The notes under the pieces are model-generated. The model made no database searches. It had not been told where the DNA came from and saw nothing but the letters and a program-made list of their open reading frames with translations. DNA of 61,805 bases, filler included. It is 9 parts of 9 records of this genome, joined end to end, with 100 filler letters (N's around TTAATTAATTAA, not from the genome) between each part and the next. Parts side by side here need not be neighbours in the genome. Positions count along the whole stretch, not along the records: positions 28,577 to 35,597 come from SRR7504441_4078; positions 35,698 to 41,813 come from SRR7504441_4079; positions 41,914 to 45,518 come from SRR7504441_4084; 6 more parts are not named here. One strand, written 5' to 3'. Position numbers and translations under genes: made by a program. The number at the start of each line of letters is the position of its first letter. Position 1 is the stretch's first letter. This document shows, piece by piece, positions 31,693-42,377 of the stretch.

Positions 31693-33001
31693 ATGATACA
31701 GTTGGACACCAGCCGCCTCCCGGTGAGCATGGTGACTGAGGAGGGCGGCGAGGAGTACGCACCGTTTGTGTTTGACAACGGGTCGGGGCTGCTCAAGTGC
31801 GGCACCGCCGGCGAGGACCAGCCCAAAGCCATCTTTGACTCGCTGCTCGGCCATCCAAAGCACAGCCAGCTGCACGGCGGGTCCGCGCCCGAGTCGTACG
31901 TCGGCCCGGAGGCGATGCGGATGCGCGGGATAGCTAAGCTCAGTTTCCCGGTGGAGAAGTGCGTTGTAAGCGACTGGGACGCAATGGAGAAACTGTGGGA
32001 TTACGCGCTGTACTCGGAACTCCGCTACGACGACCAGAAGCACCCGCTCGGCGCGTTTCATACGGAGGTGGTTGGGAACCCCAAGTACAACCGGGAGCGG
32101 GCCTGCGAGATCTGGTTCGAGACGTTTGGCGCGAGTAGGTATTACGTGGCGCCGGGCTCGCTGCTGGCTATGTTTGCCTGTGGGAGGACCACCGGTGTGT
32201 CGCTGGACATGGGCCACGGTCTGAACAAGATCAACCCGGTGTACGAAGGCTACTCGATGCCACACGCGTTTACGAGCAGCAGCGTGGCCGGGGCAGTCAC
32301 AACCGCCCGGCTCGAGAGGCTGTTGATGGAGCAAGATTTGTATTTCACGAGCTCAGCGGAGAGGCAGATGGTGAATGAGATAAAGAAGCATCTCTGCTAC
32401 GTCGCAGTGGACTTTGCGAGCGAGCCTGGTCGGTTTGAGGGTCCGCGCGGGTACTCACTGCCGGATGGGACCCGGGTCACTGTGGGGGATCAGCAGTATA
32501 GGGCACCGGAGGTGCGGCTGTAATTTCTGTGTGAGTGATTGAGTGTGGGGGAAGGTTATGTTTGCGCCAGATGTGCTAGGGGACTGCACGCTACGGCCGC
32601 TGGTGGAGGAGCTGAGCAAGTGCGTGGCTGAATGCGATTTGGACATCCGGCAAGACCTGTACAGCGGGGTTGTACTCTCAGGGGGCAACTCAATGTTCCC
32701 TGGGATGGAGCAGAGACTGGCCGCGGAGCTGGGTGGGATCACCTCATACAACGTCCAGATTGCAACTTCCGGGGTAAAAAAGCAAGTTCCGGCCGGTGAG
32801 CCGGGCGGCGAGCCTGTGACTGTAGAAGATCGGGTACCGTCAGCGTGGATAGGCGGCTCAATCTTGGCCTCGATGGCTAACTTTGGGACGATGTGGTGCT
32901 TCATGGACTCGGTGCCCAAGTCGGCCGGCGGACCGGGCGCCGGCAGGGTTGGCTATGATGAGTATGGGCCCAACATAGTCAACCTTACGTGTCACATGTA
33001 G
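31693..33001 (+). CDS. Divergent actin / actin-related protein
   Basis: FDNGSGLLKCGTAGEDQP, NPKYNRE, GRTTGVSLDMGHG, PVYEGY, YSLPDG, VVLSGGNSMFPG and AWIGGSILAS. One intron at 32512-32554. Start is 31693 or 31729. Confidence 0.92.
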
Positions 33002-33145
33002 CCAGTGAGCTTCGTGAGCTTCCAAATAGCAGCTTCCATCCCGCGTCCTCTCTAGGCTATTTGTTGATGGTCTGTCGATGCATAATCACATTAGTCAATA
33101 TAATTAAACGCGTAGACCGTTTATTAAGACAATATGTAACATAGA

Positions 33146-34129
33146 TCATCCTGCACCTTCCTCACTGACACTCAACTCGAGTCCCAACCAGCGGCACGCC
33201 CGGTGCTCACCCACCCCCACCCGTTCCAGCAGCCACACCGCCCGCTCCCGGGCGGCCGCCCGGCGGGCCGTCTCCTCCGGCCCCTGGTCCGGCCGCTTGC
33301 TGGCCACAATCGCCACATTCATCTTAGCAAACTCCCTCGGCACAAACTCGAATAAATCGCAATCGTACCCAAACCCCTCGAGCACAAGCACCCGGACCGA
33401 GTCTTCGAGTGCGTCCACCGCAGCCTTGAAAAGCTCCTGCGGCTCGGTCAGCGGATGGAGCTCTGGCCGCCGTCTCATCCCCTGCCAGACCTGTTTGAAC
33501 ACCTCCCGCCGGCAGCACGGCACGAGCACGATCTGCTCGGCCCCTGAGCGCACCCCGAGCGCCAGCGCGTCGTCCGTGGCCCCCGCACACCCGTGCAGCG
33601 AGGTGACGAGGTCAAACTGCTCCAGGCCCCCCTCCTGGAGCCACCCGCTCGCCTCGCCGGGCGCAAACCGGAGCCCTGCACACGCCGGGAGCGCCTGCGC
33701 GAGCTTGTTGGCGTCGGCGACCTTGCCGGAGTCGCGCTCGATGGCAACGGTCACCGGTTGGCAGCCCACGGCCTGTAGCCCGTAGTGCGCCCCGAAGGCG
33801 ACGAACCCACGCCCGGAGGCAACGTCGGCCACGCGCACCGCCGGCGCCGCGCTGAATCGGAGCCTGCAGATCAACGGCACCAGCCGGCGGAGCTGCTCCC
33901 ACTTGCGTGCCAGGTACTCCTGGTTCCGGCTGTGCCAGCGCAGCCGGGCGGCCGGAGCCGGGTCGGCGGGGACCAGCCCCAGCACAGCAGGCCAGGCCGC
34001 GCTGGTGCTCTCCAGCGGCTCCGGCGGGTCGGGCAGCGAGCGGGGCAGCCGCAGCCCGAGCTGCTCCACTGCCGCCGCCAGGGCCGAGTCTGGCGCGGCC
34101 GCCAGCCAATCGGACAGGCTGCGCGCCAT
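33146..34129 (-). CDS. SAM-dependent methyltransferase (Methyltransf_32-like)
   Basis: Single 327-aa ORF with VADVASGRGFV (motif I), DLVTSLHGCAGATDDAL, LVPCC and LEGFGYDCDLFEFVP. Confidence 0.85.
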   Translation of the reverse strand: MARSLSDWLAAAPDSALAAAVEQLGLRLPRSLPDPPEPLESTSAAWPAVLGLVPADPAPAARLRWHSRNQEYLARKWEQLRRLVPLICRLRFSAAPAVRVADVASGRGFVAFGAHYGLQAVGCQPVTVAIERDSGKVADANKLAQALPACAGLRFAPGEASGWLQEGGLEQFDLVTSLHGCAGATDDALALGVRSGAEQIVLVPCCRREVFKQVWQGMRRRPELHPLTEPQELFKAAVDALEDSVRVLVLEGFGYDCDLFEFVPREFAKMNVAIVASKRPDQGPEETARRAAARERAVWLLERVGVGEHRACRWLGLELSVSEEGAG

Positions 34130-34205
34130 GCGCGGGGCCGAGCTGGAGCGGCGCTGTAGCGGGGGGAGAGAAATCGGTTGCCGTTAACTGTGGACCATGC
34201 AAAAC

Positions 34206-34986
34206 ATGCGCGGCCTCCTGCTGGCGCTGGCTCTCGGCTGGGTGCTGGGCCAGACGGACGAGCGCTGCGTTGCCGAGCTGACCACGGCCCGCCAGTCCGG
34301 GCTGCTTTGCCGCCAAGTTCCAAACCCCCCGGCACAACCCGCTCTGGGGACCGCGCTGAGCTGGGGCAGGTGGAGGGCTTTTGCAACGTCAGCGTGCCCG
34401 AGATCATGGGCTGGTGTGCCTGCAGCCGGGGCGCGCTGAGCGGCCCGGGGGCAGCTGCGCCGCCAACGCCAGCTGGCAGGCGGTCGAGCCCGGGTTTGTA
34501 CAGGAACCCTGGGCCGAGCTGGAGCGGGCCTGTGGCCGGTTCCGGGGGGACGTCGGAGCAGGGCTGGTGCACTGCGAGTGGAGCGACGCGAGCGCGCCGT
34601 TCTATTTGACGCTGAACAACACGGCCAAGGAGCAGATCAAGCTGCGCTCCTGTCCCAAGAAGTTCGAGGCATGCACCGGGGATATGAGCCAGCCAAACCG
34701 GTACATTGACTGCGATGCCGACCTGCCGGCCGAGGATGGCGTGTCACATGTACTGGTGAACGCGGGGGTGGGGTACATGGTGCTGTTCTACAAGGCGAGC
34801 GGCAAGAGCATGCAGCTCAACCCGACAGTGCCCGGGGGCGGTGCGTGGCCGGGATCTGTGCTGGTAAGCTCAGCTAGAGCTAACTGTAATCAGGCCGGAC
34901 AGATCCCTCCGGCTAGTCAAGGTGTCAAGTCCATCTAGTCGCCGAGCTGTGTAGCACACATCGACCGCTACGATGCCGAATTTTGA
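34206..34986 (+). CDS. Small secreted Cys-rich hypothetical protein, multi-exon
   Basis: MRGLLLALALGWVLGQTDERC is signal-peptide-like. A later exon reads ...LVHCEWSDASAPFYLTLNNTAKEQIKLRSCPKKFEACTGD... The stop is at 34938 or, after a further intron, 34986. Confidence 0.55.
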
Positions 34987-35116
34987 GTCCGTGGGCGAGT
35001 ACTCGTACAATAGTATGTACTCGACAGAGGGAGAGAGCACGTGTTTTTAGGGACGAGTCTAGATAGTAGCATACATGTAAGCATGCAGCCTGAAACATGC
35101 ACAGGTTACTGTTTCA

Positions 35117-35597
35117 CTAGATATCCCATAAATCTAAATTCAGCTTGCCTAAGGCGAGCGCATGGGCTTCCGCAGTGGAGCCACTGAAAGCACGGTTGGT
35201 TACCGTCACCTTTCTCATCATGGTAGATAGATCTGCATTCTGAATCACCGACGGTATGCCGACCGCGACCGATTCCGTCGTCGGTTCAACCTGGCCTTGC
35301 AGATCGCACCGAGCCTTCTCGGCCCGAGCTGGCTCATCGTTTTTCTCATCCATGTCCATCACCGGACCTGTCGGTCCTTTCGCAGCAAATTTGCGCAGCA
35401 GCAGGTGGTATGTGGCCGTCAACTGGTTTCGTGCGTTGGTTTGCAAAGCCGCGTCCAGAGCATTCATTTCAAACCCCATCTTGCACATCTTATCCCGGGC
35501 TGCAGCCTGGTGCGTCCCACTGTCGGCCTGACTGTCGTGGCTTCTGAGTCACAATTGCTCGGGCCCAGCCTCGCCCCAGACCCAGGCCGACTCGGCC
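35117..35597 (-). CDS. C-terminal fragment with a UBA domain of AMPK-related (SNF1/MARK-like) kinase type, 5'-partial
   Basis: KMCKMGFEMNALDAALQTNARNQLTATYHLLLRK matches the MG[FY]...N..TATY.LL kinase-associated UBA pattern. The kinase domain is not in the contig. Confidence 0.65.
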
Positions 35598-35697
35598 NNN
35601 NNNNNNNNNNNNNNNNNNNNNNNNNNNNNNNNNNNNNNNNNTTAATTAATTAANNNNNNNNNNNNNNNNNNNNNNNNNNNNNNNNNNNNNNNNNNNN
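35598..35697. other. Artificial contig linker
   Basis: Same 100-nt spacer. Confidence 0.99.
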
Positions 35698-36319
35698 ACC
35701 AAACTGAAAAGCGGTCAGCACACGGTCAGTATGCTGCAACCACAAGCGTGGGCAAACCTGCCACATGATCATGTTGGTGACGCCATAGCTCTGCTCTCAT
35801 ACTCTTGGTGTGTTGCATGCGTCACTTGCCTTCTTGCAGTGGCGTTTGAATGGTCGCAGGGGTGAAAAGTACCACGAGCTGTTTCAAGCTCTGTGGGACT
35901 GGGCGGATCAAAATGCTCATGATCCTTGTCGTGCATACGTGTGGATTTGCTCTCTCAGTTTAAGTATGTGCAATGCAGCGCTCATTGGCCACCTGACCTG
36001 TGTCTGCACCAGATCAGCATCAACTCGGCAAACATTTTGCCTCTGCAGATGAATTAGGTATCACACCAAGATGCCTAATTGTGCTGATTGGGAAATTCTT
36101 TTATCAGAGACAGAATTTGGAGAGCGCATTGCACGCATCGGATGCATCCTACCACTTGCCAGACACGGGGGCGTGCCAGAGGAGCAGGCTATGCACCAAA
36201 CAGTTAGTAGATTGGAAGATGAGAACCAGATGCTGCAAGGTGAAATCGAAGAATTGAGGCGCCAGATTGAAGTTTTGAAAAGTCACGATCAATCGCTAAC
36301 AACAGACTCTGTCATCTGA
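35698..36319 (+). CDS. 3' part of a hypothetical multi-exon gene with a short coiled coil
   Basis: Exon-like GEKYHELFQALWDWADQN and a terminal segment VSRLEDENQMLQGEIEELRRQIEVLK...*. Confidence 0.45.
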
Positions 36320-36773
36320 TGCGGCGCAGTCAGGTGCTCTGTTTCAAATTTGCGACTCGAGCGCCATTCCAGCATGGGGTTGACGTTTTAGCAAAGTCAG
36401 AATTTGGTAGTTGAACGTTGCTATCAACGGAGTACTAGTCATCAGATCATTAAATGACACATGCGTTAACCGTATCAAAATATTATCAAAATTTCAGGAT
36501 GTCTCATGATTGCAAATTAAATAATTTTGCGACTCGGGACCCGTCGGCAAGTCGGTTAGCTAGATTATTCTCGGCATGCCCGATCTGGGAGATCGACGCA
36601 TTGAATTGATGAAACTGAGCATGCATGCAAAATATCCTAAAAAGCCTAGGACATAATAAATATTATAGGCATATACGCAACTGTAACGCAACTGTCATAC
36701 AGTTACATACAGTAACAATTGTCCTACGATTCACCGGTTTCATACTCGAACTCTACTTAGAACTCGACAGAAC

Positions 36774-38380
36774 TCAGCACACAACGCACTCTCCCTCACT
36801 CGGCGGCCGCGGCTTGTCACCCTTGTTGTTGGTGATCTCCATGTCGGCCCCGCCATCTTCGACTAGCATTTGGAACATCCGAGGCTGGTTTGCCTCGTCT
36901 GCGTGGTGTAGCGCTGAATTACCCGAAGAATCCTGGCAGTCCACGTCGGCCTTCTTCTCTATGAGCAACGCCACCACATCCTCCGAACCCTGCCAGGAAT
37001 CAGACCCAGCTCTATAGCCCCGCACTACCTGACACACCGCCTTGATCAGAGCCGTCCGGCCTAGCTTGTCTGTGGCATTCAGCCCAGGGCCGGCCTTGCC
37101 CCACTCTGATAGCAGCTTCCTTGCCGCAGATGGCTCATTATCCGCCGCAGCGCAGTGAAGCGCGTTGCTGCCGTCCTTGTTGCAGCAGCTGTACAGCTTA
37201 CCCCGTGCCACAGCTCGATCAGTCAGTGCCGCCTCAACTTCGCTGTTGCTGATAGCAACGAGACTGCAATTTGCGTCCACCTCAGCCTTGGCAGACAGCA
37301 GCAACGCGATCCCTTCGAAATTGGCTTTCCTGTGACCAAACGAGTCAAATCAGACCGGCTGCAGCGGCAGGCCTGCAGCAAGTGCCCAGTGGGGTCATCC
37401 CAGATTCAGCTTGGGTGTTGGGACTGGCCTTCTTGTCCAGCAGCAGCGTGACAGTTTCGTTGTGTCCCTTGGCCACGGCCTTGGCCAGAGGTGAGAAGCC
37501 GCGGTTGTCGAGGACGTTGATCGAGGCTCTCTGTTCCAGGAGTGTGGGAACAATCCCGTACCTGCACAACAAGTTGGGCACTGCACAGGCGAGCAATGTC
37601 GAGGCTGCAACTAATTAAGCAAGAACCGCTTCTTGTCGATGGCGTGGTGAAGGCTTGAGATCCCGTTCTCGTCGAGCTCTTGTATATCGCACTTTGCCTA
37701 ACCACTCCCGGTCATACAACCCTGTGCCCGTATATAGTACTAAAGTATAGTATAATAGTACTATATAGCACCTGTACTATAGTATACAGAGCATACTACT
37801 AACTACTTGCCACTCCCGTCACACAAGTCACGGCTTACCTGCAGCAACAGCTCCACAGTGCCCACCAGGTCTGGCGATCGGCCTCCAACAGCCGCAAAAA
37901 GAGGTGAATGGGTCGCTTCGGGCACTTTACTCAGAGATGCCTTACTTGCGAGCAGCATCGAGAGGCAGCCATCGTGGCCGTAACGAGCAGCAAGCGCACT
38001 GGCTGTTCTCCCCACCAATTCCTTGGATTGAGCTCCAGACAGGCCTGCAACACGCTGCTCAGCCCGATCTCAGCTGAGCCAGTCACCGGCGGTGGTGAGC
38101 ACTCCATCTATACCAGCCTCGGGCTTGCCTGCAGCGAGCATCTCTTCGAGCAAAGCTTGGGTGCCATCTTTTGCGGCCTAGCACGCAGCGATCAGCTAGA
38201 TGGCACTTACTATTATTTGATTAGATGTTTGAGACACCTGCAGCCACCGCTCCAGATCCGGAGAGCTACCAGCGGCCTGCATACGGGCAGCTCACACAGT
38301 TGACTTAGATTGGATCCGACCTTCTTAGCAGCCCGCAGCGGCGACGCTTTGGTCTTGTTGGCCCCAGCCGGGTCCTTCAT
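36774..38380 (-). CDS. Ankyrin-repeat protein with a C-terminal CaaX-like motif, multi-exon
   Basis: GRTASALAARYGHDGCLSMLL, GFSPLAKAVAKGHNETVTLLL, GSNALHCAA, GRTALIKA and GNSALHHA. Ends ...EGECVVC*. Putative start MKDPAGANK at 38380. Confidence 0.85.
37731..37767. repeat. AT-rich 12-bp inverted repeat inside an intron
   Basis: TATATAGTACTA (37731-37742) and TAGTACTATATA (37756-37767), with a 13-nt loop. Confidence 0.85.
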
Positions 38381-38467
38381 ATCCGCGAGCGCTGCACATT
38401 CCTAGTAAGGGCAGCTCGCTGACTGAACCGATTCCTAATCGGGCATGGCTATAACTTAACACCTTTC

Positions 38468-39475
38468 CTAATAAGGGAATAAACAGTGACCTGCCATCAT
38501 CGAAATCGGGTTGTTCATGTCCTTGCCCGCAAAAGGATTCGCGCCCATCCCGCCGCCATACACCGACTGGAAGGTACGCCCTGCCAAATTGAATCAGCCG
38601 TTACAACGTGAGGCTAGGGTTAAGCTAGAGTTAAGCTAGGGTTAAGCTAGGGTTAAGCTAGGGTTAAGGTTCCACCTGGGAACTCAATCTCCAGTTCACG
38701 ATCGGAAGGATAGTAATACTCCTGCTTGATCCGCTTCTCGTTCTTCGCAGACCTACCACCCCCATCCGCCCCGACCCCACCCCTCTGACCGCTTGGCCGG
38801 CGCCGTCTTCGCCGGCGGGAAGAAGGCGTCCATGGGTGAAGGCCCCGAAGGCGCCTCGCGAGCCAAGCTCCTCGCCCGGACATGAGCACGCCGGTCGCCT
38901 CCGGACCGCTTGTCGGCAAACGCCTTGCCGCGACCTGGCCGCCAGTCGGAGGGCCGCTGGGCCCGGGGATGGACCGCGCCGCCACTCGCGCAGCGTGATT
39001 CGCTGGCCGGGGCAGGCTGCCTGCTCGGCGGGCGCCGGCTGTGCCCCCCCGCTCAGCAGCCTGGCAACGGCATGCTACAGCCGGATCTGGCCAGACCGAG
39101 CTGCTCAGCCGGGGCTTGGGGCTCCGCGACGCCGCGATGTCCGCCGCCCGTCCCGATGGAGCTACTGGGCTTGAGCCGTTGCCGGCGATCACCCCCCCGA
39201 CGGTGAGGGTGTCGCCGTTTGCGATCCTGTACGAGCCGAGCGTCCGGCTGTCGTCCAGCTCGGCGGTGCCGAGCACCAGAGCGTGCGCCAAGTGCGCCTT
39301 GCTGGTCCGCCGCTTCAGCGCAAGGACCTGGCCGCCAGCTCAGCGCCGGGCGCGGGGGGAGGGCGCCGTGTCTTCGGGCTCCATCGATGCATGCTTCTCG
39401 GTGCCATCTGCCCCCCCGCCCTTCAGCGCTGAACCGCTGACCGCCCGCACCTGGCAGCAGCACCGTCACGCGCAT
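38468..39475 (-). CDS. Protein with an N-terminal ubiquitin-like domain, multi-exon
   Basis: MRVTVLLP...VLALKRR...ALVLGTAELDDSRTLGSYRIANGDTLTV is a ubiquitin-fold pattern. Later exons read KNEKRIKQEYYYPSDRELEIEFP/GRTFQSVYGGG. The 3' end is uncertain. Confidence 0.6.
38613..38667. repeat. 11-bp tandem repeat x5, telomere-like, intronic
   Basis: (GCTAGGGTTAA)5, with one copy reading GCTAGAGTTAA. Confidence 0.95.
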
Positions 39476-39532
39476 TGTCTCGATTTTCAACACCGAGGTT
39501 CTAACGAAATTCCGTTGCAGAATCAGCCCGGG

Positions 39533-40220
39533 ATGTTGAGCAGCTCCGGCTCGGCCGACGATGGGCCGAGCAGCTCAGACGACGGCTCCCCGGACCGACC
39601 AGACCGGCAGCTCGAGCTGGCCGCGGCCCAGGTCAGCCGGCCACCGCTGCCGCCGGGACGAGCCGGGCAGATCCGGGAGATCCGGGCGACGCTGGCGCCG
39701 GTGGTGCCGGTGGGGCCAGGGGGGGCGGGTGGTCCGGTGGCCGAGTTGCGGGCACTGGCGGAGGCGGTGGCGGTGGCGCAGGACGTGTTGGCTCGGGCGG
39801 CTGCCGAACTGGAGGTGCCGCCGCGGCCGGGGGGCTGTGCGGACCGCCGGGGGGCTGCAGTCGGGGGGGGAGACGTTGGAGCAGTTGCGGGCCACCCACA
39901 CCATGCTCGAGGTGCGCCCCCGGGCCATCAGCCCGAGCCGTTGCAGGTCGCTCTGCTCGAAAAGTCCCAACGGAAAGCCCAACAGACAGCTGGCCGGCGC
40001 GCGGCGGTGCGGTCGGAGCTGGACGCCCTGGCGGAGGCAAAGGTTGGAATGGTGCCAGCCCCCTGGCGGCAGCACCCAGCCCCGAACAGCGGGAAGAGAT
40101 GTCTAGACTCGCTCTGGCCAAGAGACAGCTCCAACGGCGGAACGGTAACGACATTTAACGACATTTAACGGCATTTAACCTGTGAGCGATTGCAGAGGAG
40201 GCTGTCGGAGCATTGAGTAA
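39533..40220 (+). CDS. Hypothetical helical/coiled-coil protein, multi-exon
   Basis: MLSSSGSADDG...QLELAAAQ/IREIRATL...ARAAAELE/.../VALLEKSQRKAQQ with GT-AG intron-like gaps. Confidence 0.45.
40146..40180. repeat. 10-bp tandem repeat, about 3.5 copies
   Basis: taacg acatttaacg acatttaacg gcatttaacc. Confidence 0.85.
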
Positions 40221-40865
40221 GCCTCTCTACGCCGCTGTGGCGCGGACCTGCTCGTTCCGGCCGGTGTGCCGATTGTTTGGGCTAACGGCAAGCGGTTGGG
40301 ACAGCTGCAGGTGGGGTTTCTGGACCCAGCCAGTGACGACTTGACTTGCCAGTGAGTTCAGTTACTATATATACAGTTACTATATGTACAGTCACTGCGC
40401 GATAGTTTAAATAGCTGTCAGCCTGAGCTGCTGGGCAGGTTTGTGTACCAGCAAGGGCTGCCGGGCGCCGCACTCCTACCAGACATGTGCTATTTATACG
40501 GCCAAGCTGAGCCCTGTGTTGGCAGCATCCACACATTACCTCTCAGCAGGGTCGTCACGATGGCCAGCACCCAGGCACGCTCTGTCCGCCCGCCGCACTC
40601 ACTGCTGCCCGAAGGCCGACCAAATCGAGCGCTGCCAACGGATTATAACAGACGCTGTGGCGCGCGGCTGCCAGAGCTACCAAACGCCCTCTCTGGGGTG
40701 TTTTTGGCAGCAACAGGCCACAGTAGCGGGCTCGGCCGGCCGTGGCTGAGCTGGCTGGCAGCGGTCGCAACGGCCGTTGGACGAGATGGGTCCGTTGATG
40801 GTCAATTGTGACAGCACTGGTGCGTGCTCCCCTTGACCGGTCAAGCTTGACCAACAGGCTCACAG

Positions 40866-41438
40866 TTATTCCATCCGACGGACTCCGATCACATAAGGCA
40901 ACCCGCACACGATCTCACGGCCCGGTGATCGCTCTGGCAGGATGCCATCGACATCACGGCCGAGCAAATCGCTCGGAGCGCCGCTTCCGAGGCCAACTTG
41001 ATAGAAGCAGTTATACTCGCCTGCAGTCAGAGCGTATCGTTCCTCAACCCAACGGACTTCGAGCAGGTGACATCAGGAGTGCAAATAGCCAGGCCTGAGA
41101 GCGGCTTGCAGGAGCCTGGTCGGCCGCTCCGGTGCACGTATACACGGCATCAGGCTCGACTGGCTCTCCGGGGGGGCAATTCAGCCGGGGGGGCAGGGCC
41201 CGTATCTGCCGTGCAAATGGTTTAGAATAGACGTTGCGGTGCTCAAGGAGTGGGCAGCTACCCAGGCCCCACCCTAACCCTAACCCTAACCCTACCCAGG
41301 CCTCACCTGTACTTGCACCGCCGGCGCTGATTCTAATATTCCAGGCCGAAGAAATAGCCAAAGTACTTCGACTCGCTGCTCGGCCTGAGACGGAGCGGCA
41401 CTGCCGGTTGGGCCAGGCCCGGGCTGGGCTGAGGGCAT
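40866..41438 (-). CDS. Hypothetical multi-exon gene
   Basis: MPSAQPG...VEVLWLFLRPGILESAPAVQVQ is followed by a GTGAG donor, and there is a plausible terminal exon EYNCFYQVGLG...LPYVIGVRRME*. Confidence 0.35.
41272..41295. repeat. Interstitial telomeric repeat (CCCTAA)3 CCCTAC
   Basis: Read directly. It lies just downstream of a GTGAG donor on the minus strand. Confidence 0.9.
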
Positions 41439-41750
41439 GCTGTGAAGGCTGTACCAATTGCCGAGTTGTAAGGCAAACTTTTTCCAGCCAATCGGCGATG
41501 AGCTGCAGTTTGAATTTTGCTATGAAAGCCGACCGGCCGGGCCGGAGCCCCAGATCGCTGTGGGCCCGATGGCGATTGAAGCTAAGCTATTCATTTCGTG
41601 GGCGGACAAACTCAACGCGAGCTGACCCAGACACGTGTGCACGGTTCTTAAAAGCGCATTAAAAACGATTTAAATCGCACTATTAGTAATACTGATATCC
41701 TTATGCCAAGTCTGGAAGCCCACCACAACGGCGCGGATTGACATTGAAGC

Positions 41751-41813
41751 ATGGCGGGCCTGCTCAGTCTGGACGACCACGTGCTCGGTGCCTGCGTCCG
41801 CCGGCTGCCGGTG
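41751..41813 (+). CDS. 5' fragment of a possible F-box-like protein
   Basis: MAGLLSLDDHVLGACVRRLPV resembles LLxLPxxVLxxIxxxLP. Truncated by the linker. Confidence 0.35.
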
Positions 41814-41913
41814 NNNNNNNNNNNNNNNNNNNNNNNNNNNNNNNNNNNNNNNNNNNNTTAATTAATTAANNNNNNNNNNNNNNNNNNNNNNNNNNNNNNN
41901 NNNNNNNNNNNNN
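41814..41913. other. Artificial contig linker
   Basis: Same 100-nt spacer. Confidence 0.99.
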
Positions 41914-42192
41914 GCTGCAGAGGCGGAGGCCAAGGCTGCCAAGAGCCCGCCTACACCCGCCCCAGTCTACGACGCGGCATTGCTGGATATGTGTGCTCTT
42001 CTCGGCGTGTCTCCCGAAGAGCTTTCCCAAATGCAGGATCAAGACGATACTGCAGTTAATGCCGATGATCGGTGGGCTACACTCAAAGATCAGGGCATAG
42101 AGGCCGGGGCCGAGGCGTTAAAAGGCCTATGGCTACGTATGCAGAGCGAGCGTGCTCTAGCGGAGTGGAGGTTGAGGGCTTTGATTGCTTGA
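41914..42192 (+). CDS. 3' end of a hypothetical gene
   Basis: The frame is open from the contig edge: AAEAEAKAAKSPPTPAPVYDAALLDMCALLG...EWRLRALIA*. Confidence 0.5.
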   Translation, partial: AAEAEAKAAKSPPTPAPVYDAALLDMCALLGVSPEELSQMQDQDDTAVNADDRWATLKDQGIEAGAEALKGLWLRMQSERALAEWRLRALIA

Positions 42193-42377
42193 GTTTGACA
42201 TTGATACTTTCATCAGCCTATCATCAGCCGTTCATGAGACACGAGAACAATTACAATGTACATAAACTTAGAAAGATAGATCAAGGAGTGACAACTATTA
42301 ATAACTATTATTACCAGATAAAATTACACTCATACATACAAAACAAGAATACATTTATAATGGCTTACAAATAACCA

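Noticed and set aside
41272-41295. True chromosome end
   Set aside because: Only about four units, internal to a contig, with ordinary sequence on both sides.
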